The notes under the pieces were generated by a model that was given only the letters and a program-made list of their open reading frames with translations, was not told where the DNA came from and ran no database searches. From Mobula hypostoma (Eukaryota): a stretch of 64,000 nucleotides of DNA. Location of the stretch: positions 73,472,001 through 73,536,000 of the forward strand of contig NC_086108.1 of assembly GCF_963921235.1 (NCBI RefSeq), in the 5' to 3' direction. This document shows, one piece after another, positions 49,110 to 62,549 of the stretch (position 1 is its first letter; the number at the start of each line of letters is the position of its first letter). The translations under genes and the position numbers were made by a program.

Positions 49110-49387
49110 CCTTGTAACAAAGCAAACTCATCACTGGACTCCAGACCTAGGAGTCAATGTCAACTGGATCCTTGTCTTCCTGACCAACAGACTGCAATGG
49201 GTAAGAAAACGCAGCAATACCACTGCCACAATTGTTCTCTCTTCTTCCCTCTACCACTGGGTAGAAGATACAAAAGTGCATACCACCAGGCTCAGTGGCA
49301 GCTTCTACTTCGCAGTTAAAATACTAGTAAATGATTCTTTACTACAATGGGATGGACTCCTGACCTCACAATCTACCTCATTATGAT
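49110..49387 (+). mobile_element. Old Rex1-type fragment; its 3' UTR continues at 53757-53940 after the CR1 insertion
   Basis: 'tgtcaactggatccttgtcttcctgaccaacagactgcaat' (NWILxFLTNRxQ); the UTR reads continuously as 'gacctcacaatctacctcattatgat|cttgcacc'. Confidence 0.7.
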
Positions 49388-52300
49388 AGAAACATAGAAA
49401 ATAGGTGCAGGAGTAGGCCGTTCGGCCCTTCGAGCCTGCACCGCCATTCAGTATGATCATGGCTGATCATCCAACTCAGAACCCTGTACCAGCCTTCCCC
49501 CCATACCCCCGATCCCTTTAGCCAGAAGGGCCATATCTAACTCCCTCTTAAGTATAGCCAATGAACTGGCCTCAACTGTTTCCTGTGGCAGAGAATTCCA
49601 CAGATTCACCACTCTCTGTGTGAAGAAGTTTTTCCTAATCTCGGTCCTAAAAGGCTTCCCCTTTATCCTCAAACTGTGACCCCTCGTTCTGGACTTCCCC
49701 AACATCGGGAACAATCTTCCTGCATTTAGCCTGTCCAATCCCCTTAGGATTTTATACGTTCCAATAAGGTCCTCCCTCAATCTTCTAAATTCCAACGAGT
49801 ATAAGCCTAGTCGATCCAATCTTTCATCATATGAAAGTCCTGCCATCCCAGGAATCAATCTGGTGAACCTTCTTTGTACTCCCTCTATGGCAAGGATGTC
49901 TTTCCTCAGATTAGGGTAGGGGACCAAAACTGCACACAATACTCCAGGTGTGGTCTCACCAAGGCCTTGTACAACTGTAGTAGTACCTCCCTGCTCCTGT
50001 ACTCGAATCCTCTTTCTATGAATGCCAGCATACCATTCGCCTTTTTCACCATCTGCTGTACCTGCATGCCCACTTTCAATGGCTGGTGTACAATGACATC
50101 CAGGTCTCGTTGCACCTCCCATTTTCCTAATTGGCCACCATTCAGTTAATAATCTGTTTTCCTGTTTTTGCCACCAAAGTGGATAAACTCACATTTATCC
50201 ACATTAAATTGCATCTGCCATGAATTTGCCCACTCACCTAACCTATCCAAGTCACCCTGCATCCTCTTAGCGTCCTCCGCACAGCTAACACTGCCGCCCA
50301 GCTTCGTGTCATCCGCAAACTTGGAGATGCTGCATTTAATTCCCTCATCCAAGTCATTAATATATATTGTAAACAACTGGGGTCCCAGCACTGAGCCTTG
50401 CGGCACCCCACTAGTCACCGCCTGCCATTCTGAAAAGGTCCCATTTATTCCCACTCTTTACTTCCTGTCTGCCAAGCAATTCTCCATCCACATCAATACC
50501 TTACCCCTAATACCGCGTGCTTTAAGTTTGCACACTAATCTCTTGTGTGGGACCTTGTCAAAAGCCTTTTGGAAATCCAAATATACCACATCCACTGGTT
50601 CTCCCCTTTCCACTCTGCTAGTTACATCCTCAAAAAATTCTATGAGATTCGTCAGACATGATTTTCCTTTCACAAATCCATGCTGACTTTGTCCGATCAT
50701 TTCACCACTTTCCAAATGTGCTGTTATCACATCCTTGATAACTGACTCCAGCAGTTTCCCCACCACCGACGTTAGGCTAACCGGCCTATAATTCCCCGGT
50801 TTCTCTCTCCCTCCTTTTTTAAAAAGTGGGGTTACATTAGCCACCCTCCAATCCTCAGGATCTAGTCCAGAATCTAAAGAGTTTTGAAAAATTATCACTA
50901 ATGCATCCACTATTTCTTGGGCTACTTCCTTAAGCACTCTGGGATGCAGACCATCTGGCCCTGGGGATTTATCTGCCTTTAATCCCTTCAATTTACCTAA
51001 CACCACTTCCCTACTAACATGTATTTCCCTCAGTTCTTCCATCTCACTGGACCTTCTGTCCTCTACTATTTCTGGAAGATTATTTATGTCCTCCTTAGTG
51101 AAGACAGAACCAAAGTAGTTATTCAATTGGTCTGCCATGTCCTTGCTCCCCATAATCAATTCACCTGTTTCTGTCTGTAGGGGACCTACATTTGTCTTAA
51201 CCAATCTTTTTCTTTTCACATATCTATAAAAGCTTTTACAGTCAGTTTTTATGTTCCCTGCCAGTTTTCTCTCATAATCTTTTTTCCCCTTCCTAATTAA
51301 GCCCTTTGTCCTCCTCTGCTGGACTCTGATTTTCTCCCAGTCTTCAGGTGAGCCACTTTTTTCTGGCTAATTTGTATGCTTCTTCTTTGGAATTGATACT
51401 ATCCCTAATTTCCCTTGTCAGCCACGGGTGCACTACCTTCCTTGATTTATTCTTTTGCCAAACTGGGATGAACAATTGTTGTAGTTCATCCATGTGATCT
51501 TTAAATGCTTGCCATTGCATATCCACCGTCAACCCTTTAAGTGTCATTTGCCAGTCTATCTTAGCTAATTCACGTCTCATACCTTCAAAGTTACCCTTCT
51601 TTAAATTCAGAACCTTTGTTTCTGAATTAACTATGTCACTGTCCATCTTAATGAAGAATTCCACCATATTATGGTCACTCTTACCCAAGGGGCCTCTCAC
51701 GACAAGATTGCTAATTAACCCTTCCTCATTGCTCTAACCCAGTCTAGAATAGCCTGCTGTCTAGTTGGTTCCTCGACACATTGGTTCAAAAAACCATCCC
51801 GCATACATTCCAAGAAATCCTCTTCCTCAGCACACTTACCAATTTGGTTCACCCAATCTATATGTAGATTGAAGTCACCCATTATAACTGCTGTTCCTTT
51901 ATTGCACACATTTCTTATTTCCTGTTTTAATACCATCCCCAACCTCACTACTACTGTTAGGTGGCCTGTACACAACTCCCACCAGCGTTTTCTGCCCCTT
52001 AATGTTATGCAGCTCTACCCATATTGATTCCACATCCTCCCGACTAATGTCCTTCCTTTCTATTGCGTTAAACTCCTCTCTAACCAGCAATGCTACCCCA
52101 CCTCCTTTTCTTTCATGTCTATCCCTCCTGAATATTGAATATCCCTAAACTTTGAGCTCCCATCCTTGGTCACCCTGGAGCCATGTCTCTGTGATCCCAA
52201 CTACATCATATTCATTAATAACAATCTGCACTTTTAATTCATCCACCTTGTTACGAATGCTCCTTGCATTGACACACAAAGCCTTCTGGCTCGCTTTTAC

Positions 52301-53756
52301 AACACTCTTCGCCCTTATACAATTATGTTGAAAAGTGGCCCTTTTTGATTTTTGCCCTGGATTTGCTGGCCTGCCACTTTTACTTTTCACCTTACTGCTT
52401 TTTGCTTCTACCCTATTTTTACACCCCTCTGTCTCTCTGCACTGGTTCCCATCCCCCTTTTGTGAACTAACCTCCTCTCGCCTAGCCTCTTTAATTTGAT
52501 TCCCACCCCCCAACCATTCTAGTTTAAAGTCACCTCAGTAGCCCTCGCAAATCTCCCTGCCAGGTTATTGGTTCCCCTAGGATTCAAGTGTAACCCGTCC
52601 TTTTTGTACAGGTCACACCTGCACCAAAAGAGGTCCCAATGATCCAAAAAGTTGAATCCCTGCCCCCTGCTCCAATCCCTCAGCCACGGATTTATCCTCC
52701 ACCTCATTGCATTCCTACTCTCACTGTTGCGTGGCACAGGCAGTAATCCCGAGATTACTACCTTTGCGGTCCTTTTTCTCAACTCCCTCCCTAACTCCCT
52801 GTATTCTCCTTTCAGGACCTCTTCCCTTTTCCTACCTATGTCATTGGTACCTATATGTACCACAACCTCTGGCTCCTCACCTTCCCACTTCAGGATATCT
52901 TGGACGCGATCAGGAATATCCCGGACCCTGGCACCAGGGAGGCAAACTACCATCTGGGTCTTTGGACTGCATCCACAGAATCGCTTATCTGACCCCCTTA
53001 CTATTGAGTCCCCTATTACAACTGCCCTCCTCTTCCTTTCCCTACCCTTCTGAGCTACAGGGCCAGACTCTGTGCCGGAGGCACGGCCACTGTCACTTCC
53101 CCCGGGTAAACTGCTCCCCCAACAGTACTCAAACAGGAGTACTTATTGTCAAGGGGCACAGCCACTGGAGTACTCTCTATTACCCGACTCTTCCCCTTCC
53201 CCCTCCTAACCATGACCCACTTGTCTGCCTCCCGTGGCCCCGGTGTGACCCGTGGCCTGTAACTCCACTCTATCAACTCCTCACTCTCCCTGACCAGACG
53301 TAGGTCATCGAGCTGCAGCTCCAGTTCCCTAACGTGGTCCCTTAGGAGCTGCATCTCGGCGCACCTGGCGCAGATGTGGACGTCCAGGAGGCTTGGAGAC
53401 TCCAGGGCCTCCCACATCCGGCACCTAGAACAACAAACTGCCCTCACACTCATACTGCCCCTCTCCTCAAATAACAACAAAAAATGAATACCAAACCATC
53501 CTTGCCTCGCCCGTTTCCGCCTAAGCCCGTTGAGCTGAAGCCCTTAAGCCTTCACTCTGCTCCCGGCTCACTCCGTAGCCTGCAAACTACACTGTCTGCT
53601 GTATGAGGCTCTGTTCTTTTTAAATCTTCCGCGCTTCACTGCCTGACGTCACACACCTGTGCAGTCCCGCCTCTCTGAACGCCGATGGAAAAAACGAAAA
53701 ATTCAAAAATGGCTTCCTCCGCACTCCCGCTCCGATTCTCAGACTTCCTTTTTCGA
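49388..53756 (-). mobile_element. Full-length CR1 LINE (~4.37 kb): 5' UTR, ORF1 (Cys-rich N-terminus plus SGNH esterase), ORF2 (EN-RT), all disrupted
   Basis: ORF1 pieces 53055-53480 (AVCCSRCRMWE..HICARC) and 52519-52953 (esterase); ORF2 fragments from 52513 to 49457; ATGAT duplicated at 49383-87 and 53757-61. Confidence 0.95.
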
Positions 53757-55269
53757 ATGATCTTGCACCTTACTATTTACTGGCACCGAACTTTCTCTTA
53801 AGATGTTACAGTTTATTCTGTATCATTTTTTTACTTTGTTCTACCTCAATGTAATGATTTGATCTGTACAAACAGTATGCAAGACAAGGTTTTTCATTTT
53901 TTCTCTGTATATGTGACTATAATAAACCGATTCCATTTCTAATTCATGTTAAGAATAAGCAAGTTAGGACTAAAACATAGAAAAACTTCTTCACTCTGAC
54001 CATAAATCTTAGGAATTCCCTACCAAGGAAGCCAAAATAATTGACTGCATTGAGGATGATATGAATTACTCACCCTATTTCAGTTGTAATGCTAATGCTT
54101 GAGACAACTGTAATTCTTTGCTATTAACACGTGCTAATGAGGGAAACATCATGATTGGTTGTTATGGTGCATTACAATTGCTCACATTTTTGTACAAGAT
54201 GTGGACAATGCCCTAACAGCTCTGGATCAGTCTGGTGACAGCTACCCTGTAAAGCCACCGCAATCTGTGATTTTACGAGCAATTAAATTTCTAGGCAAGA
54301 AGTTTCATCCAACCGACCTACTGTTGCCACAACAAAGTTTAATTGCTTATTTGATTCAAGTAGATTCTGTTGAGAAGAAGTTTCCTTGCATAAAGGTATT
54401 AAGTAATGTCTTTCTGGATCAAGAACGGGCAAACAGGACTGTGATGTCATTATTCAAGAAAGATTCCATTAAACTTAGCTGAAAAGGTCAATGATGCTGA
54501 AAGTAGGAATGAAAGAAATAATCTTTCTATTGTGAACCTCTCAAAAAACACAAAACCACAAGTATACACAGTTACGTTCAGTCTGACTACATACAATGGA
54601 GATGAGATCCTTACATTGACAGTCGAATTTTCGTCATCATGCCCCAGTGCCTCAGACTGTTCTCTAAGTTAGAAATAATAATATAATGAAGCTACAGTCC
54701 TTAAGAGAGGAGGAGGAGTGGTTATTCAGTCAGGTACAAGCAATGATTTTTCATGCCTTGACTGCTAAATTAAACAGAAATATGGGACAGAATTTACATC
54801 TGCTGAGTAAGCCCTCTAACATGCTGAGAGTTATGAAATTTTACTTACACAAAATATAATATCCATGACCCAAGTGGCACTTGCTTATTTCAGAATTTGC
54901 AAGGCATCTTGTAATTCATCAAAACTTTTCGGGATGAGCCTAATGAGGATCAGATGGTCAGGAAATAAGGGGGAGTTTTTCAGGAAATTAACTTTGGTCG
55001 CACTCAGGTGCACATACCCTAATGTGCAATTTTTCCCCACTCCGACGATTTTCCACCCACTTACCTTATCTGTGTTCCAACTCCAGACGAGCAAGGTTCT
55101 GCAGTGGGAGCACAGGATCAATACACCAGCCCATTCACATTAGCTTGTCTTTATCTCCTCACTTCACAGTAATTTTTATTTGGAAGATAACCATTACATT
55201 ATTGTTGGAGTGTTTAACTGTTATTTTTCTCCCAGTTGTAGCTGCTATTCTGACTCTTATACCAACACA

Positions 55270-55530
55270 CAAATTTGAGGAGAAATTTCTTTAGCCAAGA
55301 GCTGGTGAATCCATGAAATTCATTGCCACGGATAGCTGTGAAGGCCAAGTCATTGGGTACATTTAAAGCGGAGATTTAGTCGTTCTCGACTAGTAAGAGC
55401 ATAAAAGTTTCTGGGGAGAATGCAAGAGATTGGGGTTGAAAAGGACAAGTAGTCAACCATGCTGGAATAGCAGAGCTGACTTGATGGGCTGAATAGCCTA
55501 ATTCTACGCATATGGACATCTACGGCTCCT
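55270..55530 (+). mobile_element. Old CR1 3' end
   Basis: 'gaggagaaatttctttagccaagagctggtgaatccatgaaattcattgcc..gggctgaatagcctaattct'. Confidence 0.7.
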
Positions 55531-56089
55531 ATACCTTAAGGCTAAAATATCCCAATGAGAATTGCACAAATCTTCATTAACAACAAAAGTAATTAAATAG
55601 AGTTGGAGAGATGTCAGGGCTTTGGGAGGCAATTGCAAAGGGCTGCAGGTGTAGCTCCCAAAGGCATAGCAATAAACAAAGACCCAAGTTAGAGAAGTCG
55701 ACACATGAAGAGGATATAGGACTTTATTTTTAGAAGTATGCTCTAGAGAAGTTGAAATTACCCATCAGGACATCTTTAGAAGTTTATTCATTTCAGAACT
55801 GTGATGCAATAGGTGCTTGAGGGACATTCCCTCTTCCGTAAGAGGAGAATTCTGTAAGCTGATGCTGGTTGATCTATGATATTTAGATTATATTTTAAAG
55901 CATTCATTTCAAATTACTTCTATCCTAGAACATTATTCTTGTTTCCAATCAGATTTTATACAAATCACTAGAGGAGTTCTGTTATAGTGCATCTCATCAT
56001 CTATTGAAGCAACCAAACATGTTCCAGTAGAGAAGCAATTTGAAAGGGAATGACCATAAACACCACACTTCAGTACTTTAATTAAATCT

Positions 56090-58030
56090 GTTCTAAGTTC
56101 AAAGTAAATTTATTATCAAAGTACTTATAAGATACCATATACAACCCTGAGATTTATTTTCTAGCAGGCATTCACAGTAAGTACAAAAAACACAATAGAA
56201 TCAGTGAAAGACTATCCCCAATAGGATGGGCAACAACCAAGACAACAAACTGTGCAAATACAAAATGAGAAAAATAAAATAAATAAATAAATAAATAAAT
56301 AGATAGATAGATAGATAGATAAGCAACAGATTTCAAGAAAATGAGTTGTAGAGTCCTTGAAAATGAGTCCATAGGTTGTGGGCACAATTCAGCAATGGGA
56401 CGAGTGAAGCTATCCTTCTGGTTCAGGAGTCTGATGGTTGTAGGGTAATAACTGATCCTGAACCTGAGGCTCATGTACCTTTTTTCTGATGGCAGCGGCA
56501 AGGAAGGAGCATGACCTTGATGATGGATGCTGCTTTCCTGTGACATTGCTCCATGCAGACGTGTTCAATGATGGGGAGGGCTTTACCCATGATGGACTGG
56601 GCTATATCCACTACTTTTTGAAGAATTTTCCATTTATAAACATTGATGTTTCCATACCAGGCTATGATGCAACCAGTCAATATACTCTCCACCGCATATC
56701 TATGGAAGTGTGTCAAAGTTTTAGATGACATGCTGAATCTTTGCAAACTACTGAGAAAGTAGAGGCACTGCCATGTTTTCTTCATAATGACACTTACGTG
56801 CTAGACCCAGGACAGATCCTCTGAAATGATAAAACTGAGAAATTTGAAGTTGCGGTTCCCCTCCATCTCTGATCCCCTGATGAGAACTGGCTTCACGGAC
56901 CTCCAGTTTCCTCCTCCTGAAGACAATAATCAGCTCCATGGTCTTGCTGACATTGAGTGAGAAGCTGTTGTTGTGGCACCATTCAATCAGATTTTCAATC
57001 TCCCTCCTATGTGCTGATTTGTCACCACCTTTGATTCATCTGACAGTGGTGTCGTCAGCAAACTTAAATATGGCATTGGAGCTGTACTTAGCCTCACAAT
57101 CATTTGTATAAACTGAGTAGACCAGGGAGCTAAACACACAGATTTGTTGTCCACATGGAGAATGGAGATTGTGGAGGAGATATTGTTGCCAATCTAAACT
57201 GACTGGGGTCTGCAGGTGAGGAAATCTAATTGCACAAGGAGGTATTGAGGCCAAGATCTTGAAGCTATTGATTAGAGTTGAGGGTATGATAGTATTGAAT
57301 GTTGATCTATAGTCAATGAAGAGCATCCTGATGTATGCATCTTCACAGTCATAATGTTCCAGGGCTGTGTGAAGAGCCAATGAAGTGGCGTCTGATATGG
57401 ACCTGTTGTGTCAGTAGGCATACTGGAACTGATCCAAGTCACTTCTCAGACAGGAGTTGATATACTTCATCACCAAACTCTCAAACCACTTCATCACAGT
57501 GGATGTAAGAGCTACTGGATGACTGTCATTGAAGCAGGTTATCATGTTCTTCTTAGGCACCGGTAGAAGTAAAGCCTGCTTAAAGCAGGTGGATACCACA
57601 GACTGCTGAAGCTAGATATTAAAGATTTCAGTGTATGCCCCAGCCAGTTGATTATCACAGGTCTTTAGTACTCATCCAGATACTCCATCAGGGACGAATG
57701 CTTTTTGTGGTTTCACCCTCCTGAAAGATGCTATCATATCAGCAATAGAGACATCTTAGGATCATCAGGAGCTGTGGAGTTCATGAGTGTGCCTCCATGG
57801 TTTGATAGTCAAAGCGAGCATAAAAGACATTGGGCTCTTCTGGAAGTGAAAATTTGTTGTGAACTGTGTCTCTTTGTAGGAGGTGATAGCATTCAAGTCC
57901 TGCCACAACTGCTGAACATCCTTCAGTGATTCAAGTTTGGTTCAGAATTGCCACGTTGCATGTGAGATGGCTTTCTGGATATTGTGCCTGGACCTCTTGT
58001 ATTTTACTTAGTTGCCATACATGAATGCCA
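56090..58030 (-). mobile_element. Rex1/Babar-type LINE, ~1.9 kb degenerate
   Basis: FKQALLLPVPKK..PVALTSTVMKWFE; YIRMLFIDYRSTFNTIIP; FKFADDTT; ESILTGCIIAWYGN. (AAAT)n(AGAT)n in the UTR at 56272-56321. Confidence 0.88.
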
Positions 58031-58789
58031 CTCATGGTTCATCCTGGGCTTAAGTACCTTTATCAATAGTTAAACAATTAATATGAAAAAATATTTGGTT
58101 TGATGCTAAGATAGAATCTGAATAGTTGATTGACTGGGGAATTGTCCAAAAGTTCTCATACTCTTTGCATTGAGCAATGTTCTGATTTCTAGGTCAACAC
58201 TTCAGTGCTTTGGAGAGACTGTTTGAATGACATGTTAAAGTGAAGTATTTTCTGGCCATAAAGGACGCAACAACATGTTTTGAAGAACAGTGGATTATTC
58301 CCATTATCATTAAAGGGAGGTCACAGACCAGGGTAGATATGGTAATAGAAATATTTTCTCCTTTCTTTAACAAATTAATATTTTAGTTAATTTAATCAGT
58401 TAAATAAATCTATTGCTTAATATTTATTTACATCTTAATTTTCAAAAAAAAAATTAATCCATGTCAACATTAGGGAACAGTTAAAAATCCCTCTTCTCAT
58501 CAGAGTGTTTGGGCTAGGGTCCATAGCGCCCATTGCTGCTAATTACCTTTCCTGAACAGCTCCATGGGTCGTCAAGGGATTAGTACAGCCATTGGATTCA
58601 GGAAGGAATGGGTGCTAGAGATGTCCCGGTGGGTGTTGGGAAGACATGGATGAGTGGATGAATGAAGTTCATAGGGAGCTACTCATAATCTATCCCATTG
58701 GTGCAAGGTTTTACTGCTTCTTGAAGGAAGAACACTTTTAAAAACTCAAGAGCTATGGTATCAATTAGTTATAATGAGAAGCTTTCAGT

Positions 58790-59395
58790 TATGTTTTGTG
58801 GACCAAGCGTTTTACTCACACCACTTTTCAACAATTCAGCTACAATGTGACATTCCAACTCTTGCACTTAATGCCCCATGCAATGAAAGAAAATGTACCA
58901 TACACATTTGTCATCACTTTATCTACTCACGCCACAGCTTTCAGTGAACTATATATCCCTTGGTCTTTCTATTCTATGACACGCTCCATAGTCCTGCTAT
59001 TTCGTATGCAAGACCTGCCCTGGTTCCCAAATGCATCACTGCATACTCGTCTGAGCTAAGTTCCATCTTCTATAACTTTACCCACTTCCCCAGGTAAACT
59101 AAATCCTGTTGCAACTTCAGACAACTTTCTTCAGGGTCCCACCACACCACTAATCACGTCATCTGCATTCTCATACAAATAGTTAATATACATGACAAAC
59201 AACAAGGGAACCTAATACCAATCTCTGTACACACCACTGGTCACAGACATCGAATTAAAAAAAAAACTTCACTACCTGCCTCTGACTCCAATCACCAAGC
59301 CAATTTTGCATTCATTTGGCTGGGTCACTGGCATCTTATGTAATATCACCTTCTGGACCAGTCTACTGTGTCATATTTTGTCAAGAGCCTTATTA
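58790..59395 (-). mobile_element. Old CR1 RT fragment
   Basis: Reverse-complement similarity to the RT region of the younger CR1 copies ('acaccactggtcacag', 'ttgtcaagagccttattaa'). Confidence 0.6.
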
Positions 59396-62300
59396 ATTTT
59401 TTAAAAATTCCATGTTAATGTGCAATAATAAAAAAACAAAGTTGGGACCCATAAAAATGTAATAGAAGTGTAATATTGAAAAGCAGGAATTCCAGGTTAG
59501 AGATGGCCAATAGAAGCAAACTTGGGGCAGTCAGAATACTTGATTTATCAGGATATTACACTATGTCTTTTTGCTGCTTCAGTAGCAGTTGGACTTCATA
59601 GTGTTTAGACAACAAATCCACAAGGGGCTAATTTTACAGATTATTCTTGCAGCCAATTATCTTTTAGCACATCAAAGCTAAACTCAGACAGATGAGCATG
59701 AAGAGTAATTATCTTAATGAACACTTCCCACAAACCACAAAAGGTTGCTACGATGGAAAAGGTCAGCTGTGAAGTGTAATTAAAATTAGTAATGTATTTA
59801 TCAGCTTTGTCTTGGTATTAGCATTTGCACAAATGAGGAAGAAGACTGCAGGTTCAAGCAGCACTGCAGATACTCCAGAACATCATCCAAACTGGGGCTT
59901 CTGTACAATACTGAGGGAGTACTAGATTATCAGAGGAGCTATATTTCAAATGAGACAATAACTAGTGACTTCATCTCGCCTCTCAAAACTGATGCAGGAA
60001 ATTCCACAGAATTCTTCAGGGAATAGACTGGCATTCCTGCGATTGCCAATTGTGGCAATATTTCAGAAGTTCTATATGAGTAGCAGACTACTCATACAGA
60101 TGTCCTGGAGTGATGTTAGAAATGAACAAGAATAGCCTTTTGCAGAGAAATATAAATTCTATTGGTCTGTCAATAGTCAGTCAAACACCATTTTTCAAGT
60201 CAAGCTTAATAGCGGTCAAACTTCATCAACTCACATGCGCCATATTTACATTTCGCATTAGCTATTCCAAATCGCTATATACACTCAATATAGGGAGAAA
60301 CAAATGTTTCCATGTATCATATATGTCTGTATTATATGCAAAATCTGTAGGGGAAAACATATTTTCTTTTCTAGAAGAATCCATTAGAAACTCTGTACAG
60401 TGAATGCCCAGAGACAAAAGGCTTTGGCATTTATTGTTATATAAAAATAGATTAAGAATACTGGAATAAAACATTGAAATGAAACTGTAAGACAGAACTC
60501 TGTAATATGAAAAGGAGCTTGTATGCAGTTGCTATGTATGTAACAGGTTTATAACTTTGAAATCAGTGAATAAAAGGGTGTGTGTTTGTTGGGTATCTAA
60601 AATGCCAGAGATTATTTCAATGTCCAGCTTCACCTTGAGCTAAAACTAATACCAACATAGTTAAACTCCCAATAAAGATACACTTCTTATTCATTGCTTC
60701 CATTTGGTTTTAATGCCTGGTTCTGTAGTCCCTAAACAAATTTCAATTAAAATGAAAATGGCTTCAGCCTTAGAACAAAACAGTTTTAAGCTGAGTTTAA
60801 ACTTTGAAATTAAAGACTGTCATGTCTGTGAAGACAGAATCTATGCGTACCACAGGCATTTGTCAATGTAGAATCCAGAAAGAGGGATGCAATTAATGGA
60901 ATATGTTTTGTATGGCTGTAATGGCTGTCCTAAGTGTCAATTAATCTGATTGATGATCTTTTGTGTCATTGAAATAGTAACCTAAACAACACATATGATA
61001 ATAAGTGTAATCAAGTGTCATCCCATATTAACATGCATTTAATGCTAAAGAACATACTTGGTCCCCTCATGGGCTAACTCAGATTTCAGTAGGGCAGAGT
61101 TCATTAATGCTCTGAAGTTAAATGCTTGCAACCCATATCTGACTGCCTCAAAACACTGCTTCGGTGTTAAATTATATAAAATATAATAAAATATTGTACA
61201 TAAAATATTGCGTAGCTTGCAAAAGTCAAAATGTTTTTTTTTACGTACATTCGGAGAATGACTGTTAGAGCTCAGGTGAAGGTTGCTGAGTGAGATTTAA
61301 GTTAAATGAATTCCAAAATATCCCTACTAAACACAAGGTGAATAGCTTCTAATTTTTTTTTAGGCTATTTCTGTTAACTTTTAATTTTTTGGGGCTATTT
61401 CTCTGATCAGGTTCCAGGGTTTTCTGTCACTTTGCTGTGCCAGTACATTATTCCTGGTCATTTTCAATCAACTTTCTTCCTGAGTAGGGGTAGCTTTTAG
61501 ACGCCCAGTTGTCAGAGTGGATTGGTGAAAAATAATAGAAAGAAAAAAAACCTCAGTATTTTGAAAAGTGGCGAAGTGTGTTGAAATGATGGTCAAAAAT
61601 TATACAAATCAGCAAGAGAAAAAGGATAAATTAATGAAAAACAATAGCTCTTTAAAAACCATTTTTAATGGAAAATACAGCTGAACAGGATATTAAATCA
61701 GCCAAGGAGAAAACCATAGAATCACGACAAGATGATTAATGAATTCAAATGCCTGAATTGCCTTCCACATGATAAAGCTTTACAGCTCATCCAGTAGGAC
61801 AGATGCAACGCCTCCTGTATCCAAGTAATTTGCCCTATTATAGAGTCATAAATATAGTCATTGTGGATCTTTTAATACCGTATGGGATCTATAGAAACGG
61901 TTACCAATACTAGTGTCAGCTGAAAAATACGAAGCCATAATTTACTTGTGGCTAACAGTGATAAAATTGAGAAAAGTCTGCCAAATCCTCAGAAGAACCA
62001 GCATTACTGAGAATGAAACAAACTATTAATTTAATATAGTATAGTAGAGTGTAAAGTCAAGTGGTAAAACAATCCAAATAATACCTTATGTGCGATGAAA
62101 CACACTTTGCAAAATTTGACAAGTAAACTGCATCTCTTTACAGAGGCAATATCTATTTCCTGCTGGAATGCTTGCTTTCCTGCTGTAAATAATTTTAATG
62201 TATGCCAGTTCTCCAGTGAGATCAAATGCTTTAGAAATATTAAGTCTTTGTGTTAGACTCACATTTGAATTTTAGAAACTCAGAATAGAGCTTGGCTAGA

Positions 62301-62549
62301 AGATGTTGCCTCCAAAGGAAAAAACAACATCTAAACATAAATTAAATTGCTTAGTTTTCTCTGCTTCAGTGGAAAAAGCACTGGAATGTCAAATCTTTCT
62401 TTATAACTAGTTTCTTGTCTCTGGCATTAGCCTCAAGTTCAATGCCATATATGCTCCATGGTTTTGATATTTTCATAAAATACTATTCCTAAGACTTGCA
62501 CATAAAAATATAGTACACGTATCACCAAAGTCAATGTTAATCAGGCACT

